A DNA stretch of 7,350 bases from Escherichia coli (lineage in GTDB: Bacteria > Pseudomonadota > Gammaproteobacteria > Enterobacterales > Enterobacteriaceae): assembly GCF_003334385.1 (NCBI RefSeq), contig NZ_QOWN01000072.1, one strand, 5' to 3'. The position numbers and the translations under genes were made by a program. Shown here piece after piece: positions 1-5,191 of the stretch; the stretch's first letter is position 1, and every line of letters begins with the position of its first letter. Below the pieces are notes generated by a model. The model was not told the origin of the DNA. It was given only the letters and a program-made list of their open reading frames with translations, and searched no databases.

Positions 1-149
1 GCCGGATAATGTTCCAGGAATTGCCAGTGAAATTTTGCGCGGGCGCGACGTTCATCACCGGCTTCAATGGCAGTGGCCACCGCAACAGCGCTATCTTCTT
101 TTATGGCCTGTTCGTCAGGAATAGCAGCGCAAATAAAGATTTTACTCAT
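1..149 (-). CDS. hypothetical protein, 5' end only (gene continues leftward beyond the window)
   Basis: Minus-strand ATG at 149..147 with GAGG about 10 nt upstream (plus 'cctc' 160-163). Translation MSKIFICAAIPDEQAIKEDSAVAVATAIEAGDERRARAKFHWQFLEHYP stays open to the window edge. Not in the ORF track because it is partial and under 60 aa. No family recognised. Confidence 0.45.
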   Translation of the reverse strand, partial: MSKIFICAAIPDEQAIKEDSAVAVATAIEAGDERRARAKFHWQFLEHYP

Positions 150-244
150 TGTGTTTTAACCTCATTACAGATTTCAGGGTGAACGAATCCCTGCCATTGC
201 TGGCATTTTTAATCCGTTGGTATGGCGTTAATATGGCTGGCGGG

Positions 245-433
245 TTATCCAGCCGGTATTTCGTTATTCAGGTTCAGCGATACTTTTTTTAACGGGAGGC
301 ATTCACCGGGGATTTTTTGTTCGTCCCTTACCTGAATGCAGGATGACTTACTGTCATAAATTCCGGTAATCACATTTTGTGGCTCACCCGTTATAAGAAA
401 AACGGTCATCACCAGTGCAAATGCTGAAGTCAC
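245..433 (-). CDS. small hypothetical protein (62 aa), second gene of a leftward two-gene unit
   Basis: ORF track 245..433 (-). GTG start at 433..431 overlaps the upstream stop (GTGA), with GGAG 7 nt upstream. Alternative ATG start at 409 has no SD. No family recognised; position matches the small kilR/ydaE-type genes left of sieB in Rac-like prophages (inference only). Confidence 0.45.
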   Translation of the reverse strand: MTSAFALVMTVFLITGEPQNVITGIYDSKSSCIQVRDEQKIPGECLPLKKVSLNLNNEIPAG

Positions 434-618
434 TGCTGTTCTCCGATAATACCAAGTTCAAGAAGGGCAATTCTGGAAAGTATGGAATTATCATTGAGAA
501 GATAAGGTTCATATTTTCTCATCTTAATGGCATCTTCCGTAAACTCCCGGTTACTGAGCAGAACACCAATATCAAAACAACCTTCAGACGTATTAACGTT
601 TGGTAATAACGTTTCCAT
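430..618 (-). CDS. small hypothetical protein (62 aa)
   Basis: ORF track 430..618 (-). ATG at 618..616 preceded by GAGGA (plus 626-630 complement) at about 7 nt spacing. Amino-acid composition is more protein-like than the overlapping plus-strand ORFs 415..606 and 527..730. No family recognised. Confidence 0.5.
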   Translation of the reverse strand: METLLPNVNTSEGCFDIGVLLSNREFTEDAIKMRKYEPYLLNDNSILSRIALLELGIIGEQQ

Positions 619-636
619 TATCGCGTCCTCAACAAT

Positions 637-795
637 GAATTTTGTGATGCGGTGCCTGGTGCCTCCAGGTGACGTTAACCAGTTAACAATTAACGCCGGA
701 ATACAGAAGGATGCCCGTTACGCCCCGTAAAAGACCACTTTACGGTTTTAACTGTTCCGCGTGCGCATAGCCGCATTCACCGCATCACAAAATTC
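637..795. repeat. 18-bp perfect inverted repeat (arms 637-654 and 778-795) bounding a 123-bp segment rich in nested dyads
   Basis: Left arm gaattttgtgatgcggtg (637-654) is the exact reverse complement of right arm caccgcatcacaaaattc (778-795). The interior holds CCTGG-N5-CCAGG (656-670), three TTAAC repeats (675-694) and a CCGTAAA-N7-TTTACGG hairpin (724-744) followed by TTTTAA. Confidence 0.8.
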
Positions 796-1094
796 ACTTT
801 AAAAAGGGTGGCAGAGCAGTCACGGAGTAGAACTGATGCCACCAAATACTACACATGGGTATTGTGGCGGGGCTGTCACTTAAGCGTATGGTCAACCTGA
901 CGACCCGGTGCATTTTCTGGAGCAATGGAGGAAGCCCCAGCCATACTTACCGCCGCGCCATTTCGCGGACTGCCACAACCGGAAGTGCACGGTCGAAGAA
1001 ATTTAACGACAAGCCTTATATGCAAAGGAATCTCGCCGTGCGCTTTCGTGTTGTGTGCCTGCTTTTAACCACGTCAGGCGAGGTGGTTTCCGTC

Positions 1095-1123
1095 ATTCCC
1101 CAATAACAGGAAATCTGTATAAT
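1095..1123 (+). promoter_or_regulatory. candidate sigma70 promoter with extended -10 (TGTATAAT) for the rightward 1157/1322 genes
   Basis: TGTATAAT at 1116-1123, about 34 nt upstream of the ATG at 1157. No convincing -35 (attccc at 1095-1100). Sequence pattern only. Confidence 0.3.
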
Positions 1124-1156
1124 CTGGATATCCCCAACAACAGGAAGGTGTTTTAT

Positions 1157-1315
1157 ATGGTGGTTCAAAAGAATTGTTCAGGTACTGGTAAGCCTGCGGA
1201 CAGGGCGGACATTCCGAATACCAGGAAACATATACCTGAGAAAAACATTCGACCAAAACCATCTCCAGCTCCTTCAGAGGAGAGGGGGAACAGCAACAAT
1301 CAAACAAGCAGGTGA
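1157..1315 (+). CDS. small hydrophilic ORF (52 aa), possible leader or small protein upstream of the membrane-protein gene
   Basis: ATG at 1157 with AGGAAGG SD (1142-1148) at 8-nt spacing, directly downstream of the TGTATAAT element. Translation MVVQKNCSGTGKPADRADIPNTRKHIPEKNIRPKPSPAPSEERGNSNNQTSR is low complexity. Its stop lies 6 nt before the 1322 start. Confidence 0.3.
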   Translation: MVVQKNCSGTGKPADRADIPNTRKHIPEKNIRPKPSPAPSEERGNSNNQTSR

Positions 1316-1321
1316 TGATAT

Positions 1322-1768
1322 ATGGACCGGGATGATATTCTTGACAGGGTTTTATATGGTTATTTTCTTGAACAACTATTCTCTGTAGCGACTGGTCGTC
1401 TCGATAAACTTTTCTCAGTGGTGAGTATTATCCTCGGTTCATCTGTCATTGGTGGATTTATTCCTGAAGTTTCTGGAGTTCTCATTGTTGTGATAGCAAC
1501 CGTTCAAACGATTTACGGATTCGGACAAAAGTCAGGTAACGCAATGAGAAAATCCGCAGAATATCTGCAGCTTTATGATGATGCAGAAAAATATTCCGAT
1601 TCGGAATTGAAAATGCAGTTAAAGCTCCTGGAAAAAACAGATGATAATATTTGGTCGTCGCTTAAAGATATCGCAATCTTAAAAACCCAGATCAAAATAG
1701 GAATCTCCGTAGAACAACAAGAGAAACTGTCTGCAAAATCCAAATTGATGCGATTCCTTTGTGGTTAG
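1322..1768 (+). CDS. membrane protein with two predicted TM helices; SieB-like superinfection-exclusion protein by position and topology
   Basis: ORF track 1322..1768 (148 aa). Hydrophobic hairpin LFSVVSIILGSSVIGGFIPEVSGVLIVVIATVQTIYGF followed by a charged, coiled C-terminus. Transcribed opposite to the neighbouring early genes, as sieB is in Rac. AGGTGA lies 10 nt upstream of the ATG. Family assignment is not verified. Confidence 0.6.
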   Translation: MDRDDILDRVLYGYFLEQLFSVATGRLDKLFSVVSIILGSSVIGGFIPEVSGVLIVVIATVQTIYGFGQKSGNAMRKSAEYLQLYDDAEKYSDSELKMQLKLLEKTDDNIWSSLKDIAILKTQIKIGISVEQQEKLSAKSKLMRFLCG

Positions 1769-1866
1769 GAATACCCAGATTGTTAAAGAGCATGCCGAAT
1801 GCTTACCCGTGTCCGGCGAACGTATTCCACTTCGCCTGTGGAGAACTCTTTAATTACTAACCTTCA

Positions 1867-2100
1867 TCAGTCAGAGTTTCTTGCTAACCAGCGACGCGCG
1901 CCAGCTTCCGTTTTAAACGTTTTGCTTCTGGTATACGTCATCGCGGTAAACGTGCCGTCCAGGTTGGGGAATACTCCACATACCAGAGATTCGCTGTTGC
2001 CAAGATCGATAGTATCCATGTTGACCTCATTTCCCCTTAACGCCGGGGTAGCGGAACAAAAACCTGCTGCATAGTTATTAAAGTTGAACCCTGCCGTCAT
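1867..2100 (-). CDS. hypothetical protein (77 aa), first gene downstream of the pL-like promoter
   Basis: ORF track 1867..2100 (-). ATG at 2100..2098 with GAGG about 9 nt upstream. Translation MTAGFNFNNYAAGFCSATPALRGNEVNMDTIDLGNSESLVCGVFPNLDGTFTAMTYTRSKTFKTEAGARRWLARNSD. Not arginine-rich like lambda N; no family recognised. Confidence 0.55.
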   Translation of the reverse strand: MTAGFNFNNYAAGFCSATPALRGNEVNMDTIDLGNSESLVCGVFPNLDGTFTAMTYTRSKTFKTEAGARRWLARNSD

Positions 2101-2196
2101 GTTCTTACGCCTCGGGCTGGCTACTTACCCCCTGACCACTGCCTGGTAACTCGAAGTATTGCCCTGCGTTCTGTGGGGAGGGTGGGTGATGAATAA

Positions 2197-2238
2197 ACAA
2201 TAGCACTGCTATTTTATTCTGTAAATAGTAATGCTATT
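2197..2238 (-). promoter_or_regulatory. OL/pL-like unit: two operator palindromes (ATAGCA-N-TGCTAT type) overlapping a leftward promoter
   Basis: Site A aatagcactgctatt (2199-2213) is a perfect 15-bp palindrome. Site B aatagtaatgctatt (2224-2238) has one mismatch. Centres are 25 bp apart. On the minus strand, -35 TTTACA (plus 2225-2220), a 17-nt spacer and -10 TATTGT (plus 2202-2197) overlap the sites. Same half-sites and geometry as the OR region. Confidence 0.45.
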
Positions 2239-2254
2239 GTTTTTTGGAGGTAAG

Positions 2255-2278
2255 AAAAAAAACCACCCGAAGGTGGTT
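2255..2278 (-). terminator. rho-independent terminator ending the repressor-antitoxin-toxin operon
   Basis: Minus-strand RNA forms AACCACC-UUCG-GGUGGUU (7-bp stem, UUCG tetraloop; plus 2261-2278) followed by a U-tract (plus A-run 2255-2262). Sits 15 nt downstream of the toxin stop codon. Confidence 0.75.
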
Positions 2279-2292
2279 GTTGGTAGGAATGA

Positions 2293-2583
2293 TTAACAGC
2301 TTTTGTTTGGATACTGCCTTCGTGAGTGAACTACATTTACGATCTCGATGTTAGATGCTGTTACTCGGTAAAGTATTATGTAGTTAGGATGGGTCACTAT
2401 CTCACGAAGGCCTAGAGCTCTTTCGCTTGGTGGATACAGGTAAGGGTGTTCAGTAAGTGACAAAACTGATGTTTCAATGCGTATTTTTAGTCTACGTGCA
2501 GCGGGAGGGTTTTCCTTGGCAATATAGGCTACGATCTGACGCAAATCATCACGCGCAGAAGGTAGCCATAAAATGGGCAGCAT
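2293..2583 (-). CDS. parE: type II toxin, RelE/ParE family (ParE-like), 96 aa
   Basis: ORF track 2293..2583 (-). Translation MLPILWLPSARDDLRQIVAYIAKENPPAARRLKIRIETSVLSLTEHPYLYPPSE...GLREIVTHPNYIILYRVTASNIEIVNVVHSRRQYP matches the ParE/RelE pattern from memory. Its ATG overlaps the antitoxin stop (TAATG). Resembles parE of the prophage paaR-paaA-parE systems; paralog number cannot be determined. Confidence 0.85.
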   Translation of the reverse strand: MLPILWLPSARDDLRQIVAYIAKENPPAARRLKIRIETSVLSLTEHPYLYPPSERALGLREIVTHPNYIILYRVTASNIEIVNVVHSRRQYPNKSC

Positions 2584-2774
2584 TACTCACTCCTGTTCGT
2601 CGAAGCTATTTGCGCAATAAGGTTTTCCATTTCAGCCATTACTTCGTCATGCGGAATTGCAGGACGGGGGTCTGCGAGGCTTGCTGCCACTTTGGTGCGT
2701 AACCATTCGTTATAGCTGTTTTCTTGTTCGATTGTTTCAAATTCTGAAATTATCGGGGAAAGGACTGTACTCAT
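2583..2774 (-). CDS. paaA: small antitoxin (63 aa), PaaA-like partner of the ParE toxin
   Basis: ORF track 2583..2774 (-). Lies immediately upstream of, and is translationally coupled to, the ParE-family toxin. GAGGAGG SD 7 nt before the ATG at 2774. Acidic 63-aa protein, the size I recall for PaaA2. Assignment rests on context and length, not a search. Confidence 0.7.
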   Translation of the reverse strand: MSTVLSPIISEFETIEQENSYNEWLRTKVAASLADPRPAIPHDEVMAEMENLIAQIASTNRSE

Positions 2775-2791
2775 GTTCTAACCTCCTCAGA

Positions 2792-3292
2792 TTAGGCGCG
2801 ACGACCTTTTTGCGCCTCTAGCCACCGCGCAACGGTTTCTTCAATTGATTCTTTTTTCTCCTTCATTTCCTTAAGCATTTTCTCTTTGTCTTCTTTTGGG
2901 AAAGCCCTGAACGTCTGGATCAAATCTCGCTCTATAGGTTCTATATTAAACGGAAGTTCGTTTTCCGATTGTTCCATCTCTGCGGGTAAAGCGACAACAT
3001 TATCCTGCTGCAGTTCTTGGGGGTACATCCTTACAATTCGTAACAAGTCTGCCATATCTGGTCTAATTGACTCAGGCGGAACTTGTAGCAACCCAGCGAA
3101 CTTGATAACAGCCTCTAGATTTAAAGGTGTCTGACCATTTAGATAATGGCTTACTGCCCCTTGTGTCGAAAAACCCAGAATTTCTGCCGCACGCTCTTGG
3201 GTTAACCCAAGTTGAGTTTTTTTCGTCGTCCAGATTTCTTTCAGTCTCTGGGCGGCTTGCAGGTCGATCTCTGACAGGGGTTTTCTTTTCAT
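2792..3292 (-). CDS. paaR: HTH (XRE/Cro-CI family) transcriptional repressor, 166 aa; candidate prophage immunity repressor and regulator of the toxin-antitoxin operon (PaaR/RacR-like)
   Basis: ORF track 2792..3292 (-). N-terminal HTH LGLTQERAAEILGFSTQGAVSHYLNG. No LexA/S24 peptidase-like C-terminus. Divergent from the ydaS/ydaT pair across an operator-containing spacer. Stop lies 17 nt before the antitoxin start. Confidence 0.85.
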   Translation of the reverse strand: MKRKPLSEIDLQAAQRLKEIWTTKKTQLGLTQERAAEILGFSTQGAVSHYLNGQTPLNLEAVIKFAGLLQVPPESIRPDMADLLRIVRMYPQELQQDNVVALPAEMEQSENELPFNIEPIERDLIQTFRAFPKEDKEKMLKEMKEKKESIEETVARWLEAQKGRRA

Positions 3293-3399
3293 ACCTTCAA
3301 TTCTAATAAGATTATTAATCTCTTTGAAATAGCGGTGCTATTTACCTTTAAAAATAACAATGCTATTAATATTCATGGTCACATAACATGAGGTGAACA
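3293..3399. promoter_or_regulatory. OR-like divergent promoter-operator region between the repressor and ydaS
   Basis: Operator 1 aatagcggtgctatt (3328-3342) and operator 2 aataacaatgctatt (3353-3367), centres 25 bp apart. Rightward pR-like promoter: -35 TTTACC (3341-3346), 17-nt spacer, -10 TATTAA (3364-3369). The leftward repressor promoter could not be placed; GAAGG abuts the repressor ATG, so the mRNA may be short-leadered. Confidence 0.5.
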
Positions 3400-3663
3400 A
3401 TGAATCTTGGAGAATATTTGCATCATTCCCGTATAACCCAGAAAGATTTTGCTGAAATTGTTGGGGTAACCCAAGGGATGGTAAGCCATGTTATTACTGG
3501 ACGGGCGAAACTTACGGGGGGGAAAGTTTTACGCTGGTGTGAAGCAACAGGGTGGGTAGTGACCCCGCACGAGATTGATAGCAGTACTTACCCCAACCCA
3601 ACCGATGGCATACCTGTTGACTATCAGGCTAACACACAACCCACGCTGGGAGTTGATTCATGA
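3400..3663 (+). CDS. ydaS: Cro-like HTH protein YdaS (87 aa)
   Basis: ORF track 3400..3663. Motif GVTQGMVSHVITGRAKLTGGKVLRWCEATGWVV matches YdaS/Cro-like proteins paired with YdaT in Rac-type prophages. GAGGTG SD at 3390-3395. Stop overlaps the ydaT start (ATGA). Confidence 0.8.
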   Translation: MNLGEYLHHSRITQKDFAEIVGVTQGMVSHVITGRAKLTGGKVLRWCEATGWVVTPHEIDSSTYPNPTDGIPVDYQANTQPTLGVDS

Positions 3664-4085
3664 AAATCAAGCATGAACACATCCGCATGGCGATGAATGT
3701 CTGGGCGCATCCGGACGGCGAAAAAGTACCGGCTGCGAAAATTACCAAAGCGTATTTCGAGCTGGGAATGACGTTCCCGGAACTGTATGACGACAGCCAT
3801 CCGGAAGCCCTGGCCCGTAATACCCAGAAAATTTTCCGCTGGGTGGAGAAGGACACCCCTGATGCTGTTGAAAAAATTCAGGCGCTGTTACCGGCGATCG
3901 AAAAGGCGATGCCGCCTTTGCTGGTGGCCCGTATGCGCAGTCACAGTTCTGAATATTACCGGGAGATCGTCGAACGACGGGATCGGCTGGTGAAAGATGT
4001 GGATGATTTTGTCGCAGCGGCGATCGCCTGGGGCACCCTGACTAACAGTGGTGGTCAGCCTGGTAATGCTGTTGTTGTGCATTGA
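3660..4085 (+). CDS. ydaT: YdaT-family protein (141 aa), the toxic / CII-equivalent partner of YdaS
   Basis: ORF track 3660..4085. Starts MKIKHEHI and is 141 aa, matching my recollection of E. coli Rac YdaT. GGGAG SD 8 nt upstream. A Chi octamer GCTGGTGG lies at 3920-3927. Confidence 0.85.
   Translation: MKIKHEHIRMAMNVWAHPDGEKVPAAKITKAYFELGMTFPELYDDSHPEALARNTQKIFRWVEKDTPDAVEKIQALLPAIEKAMPPLLVARMRSHSSEYYREIVERRDRLVKDVDDFVAAAIAWGTLTNSGGQPGNAVVVH
3920..3927 (+). other. Chi octamer GCTGGTGG (single copy, inside ydaT)
   Basis: Exact plus-strand match to 5'-GCTGGTGG-3' at 3920-3927. No reverse-complement copy was found in the window. Confidence 0.5.
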
Positions 4086-4153
4086 CCAACAATATTTATA
4101 CCGGATTTCTTCCGGAAGTTCGTGGGTAAAGTTCGGTATCAGAAGAGGTGAGT

Positions 4154-5191
4154 ATGGCTAATGCCTGGCTCAGATTGTGGCATGACATGCCAAATGACCC
4201 CAAGTGGCGAACGATTGCCAGGGTATCAGGACAGCCAATCGCAACAGTGATGGCAGTGTATATCCACCTTCTGGTGAGCGCGTCACGAAATGTCACGACA
4301 TGTCACGGCGTGTCACTACGTGGTCACATTGATGTCACGACGGAAGATTTAGCAAGTGCGCTTGATGTGACGGAAGACGTAATTGATTCAATTTTGCATG
4401 CAATGCAGGGGCGGGTTCTGGATGGTGACCTTATTTCCGGATGGGAAAAACGTCAGGTGCTGAAAGAGGACAATGGTAACGTTTCGCAAACGGCAAAATC
4501 CCCGGCAGAGCGCAAGAGAGCGCAGCGGGAGCGCGAAAAGCTGCGGAAATATGATGCTGATTGTCACGATGAGTCACGACGTGTCACGCATCTGTCACGA
4601 CAAGTCACGACAGATAAAGATACAGATACAGAATTAAACCCCACACATAACGCGCGCATGCGCGAGAGTGCTCCAACCGGTGAGTCGCATGGTGCGCCGT
4701 TGCAGACAGCCGAACCTGAATACCTGGACGGCCTGAGCGAACCGATCGGGAAATTTTCGATGACTACTGTCTGGCAGCCGTCGTCGGATTTTCGACAACG
4801 GGCAGCAGTGTGGGGTATGGCTCTGCCTGAGCCGGAATTTACACCTGCTGAGCTTGCCGCATTCCGGGATTACTGGATGGCGGAGGGGAAGGTTTTCACG
4901 CAGGTTCAGTGGGAGCAGAAATTTGCCCGCCACGTGCAGCACGTCAGGGCACAGGTAAAACCAGTCAGCAAGGGGGTAAGCCATGCAGCATCAGGTGGCA
5001 CGGCATCACGGGCAGTTCAGGAAATCCGGGCAGCACGCGAACAGTGGGAACGTGACAACGGATTTATCAGCAACGGAAACGGCCTGGAAGCTGTGGGAGC
5101 TTATGGGGGAGGTGTATTCGAACCGCTGGACACAGAAGAACGGGGCCGCACCTTCGAAGCTCTGGATTGCCCAGATTGGCGCGATGACTGA
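4154..5191 (+). CDS. replication initiator, lambda-O-like: replisome-organizer N-terminal domain, internal iteron-encoding segments, C-terminal region resembling a DnaT-like domain (345 aa)
   Basis: ORF track 4148..5191; preferred start is ATG 4154 with GAGGTG SD at 4145-4150. N-terminus WLRLWHDMPNDPKWRTIA is typical of phage replisome organizers. C-terminal TVWQPSSDFRQRAAVWGMALPEPEFTPAELAAFRDYWMAEG looks DnaT-like (from memory). Two iteron arrays lie inside the gene. Confidence 0.85.
   Translation: MANAWLRLWHDMPNDPKWRTIARVSGQPIATVMAVYIHLLVSASRNVTTCHGVSLRGHIDVTTEDLASALDVTEDVIDSILHAMQGRVLDGDLISGWEKRQVLKEDNGNVSQTAKSPAERKRAQREREKLRKYDADCHDESRRVTHLSRQVTTDKDTDTELNPTHNARMRESAPTGESHGAPLQTAEPEYLDGLSEPIGKFSMTTVWQPSSDFRQRAAVWGMALPEPEFTPAELAAFRDYWMAEGKVFTQVQWEQKFARHVQHVRAQVKPVSKGVSHAASGGTASRAVQEIRAAREQWERDNGFISNGNGLEAVGAYGGGVFEPLDTEERGRTFEALDCPDWRDD
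4281..4342 (+). repeat. iteron array 1: six direct repeats of a TGTCACGAC-like unit at 10-11 bp spacing
   Basis: GTCAC cores at 4282, 4292, 4302, 4312, 4323 and 4334. A degenerate GTGAC copy follows at 4367-4371. The array encodes SRNVTTCHGVSLRGHIDVTT within the initiator. Confidence 0.6.
4561..4640 (+). repeat. iteron array 2 (five TGTCACGAC-like repeats) with adjacent A/T-rich GATACA repeats; candidate origin core
   Basis: GTCAC cores at 4563, 4573, 4583, 4594 and 4604, followed by gataaagatacagatacagaattaaacc (4613-4640). Layout parallels lambda ori (iterons plus an A/T-rich region inside the O gene). Confidence 0.6.

Noticed and set aside
234-255. Hairpin GGCTGG-N8-CCAGCC overlapping the stop codon of the 245..433 gene
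   Set aside because: No U-tract follows on the minus strand, so a terminator call is not supported. Could be a minor mRNA structure.
415-730. Plus-strand ORFs 415..606 and 527..730
   Set aside because: They have no SD sequences and F/K/I-rich low-quality translations, and they overlap minus-strand ORFs that have good ribosome-binding sites and stop-start coupling. Treated as shadow ORFs.
724-750. Plus-strand hairpin CCGTAAA-N7-TTTACGG followed by TTTTAA, as a possible terminator
   Set aside because: The stem is A/T-rich and weak, and no credible plus-strand gene ends upstream. Recorded only as part of the inverted-repeat-bounded element.
855-1307. ORFs 855..1106 (+), 1055..1315 (+, full length) and 1074..1307 (-)
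   Set aside because: No SD for the 855 and 1055 starts. The translations are R/S/T-rich or cysteine-rich and the region is full of dyad symmetries. Only the SD-led internal start at 1157 was kept, at low confidence.
1769-1866. Possible bidirectional terminator between the convergent genes ending at 1768 and 1867
   Set aside because: Only short stems (a GCATGC-centred dyad, GGCGAA...TTCGCC) without an adjacent U-tract on either strand. Not convincing.
1799-2074. Plus-strand ORF 1799..2074
   Set aside because: It is antisense to the better-supported minus-strand gene 1867..2100, which has an SD and sits downstream of the pL-like promoter.
2174-2202. Strong SD-like GGGGAGGGTGGGTG followed by a 4-codon mini-ORF (ATG AAT AAA CAA TAG) on the plus strand
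   Set aside because: It overlaps the OL operator and promoter elements and encodes only MNKQ. Most likely a chance purine run; no evidence it is translated.
2457-4296. ORFs 2457..2702 (+), 2886..3134 (+), 3629..3856 (-), 3787..3993 (+), 3888..4082 (-), 4096..4296 (-)
   Set aside because: Each lies inside or antisense to a well-supported gene (toxin, antitoxin, repressor, ydaS, ydaT, initiator) in an alternative frame.
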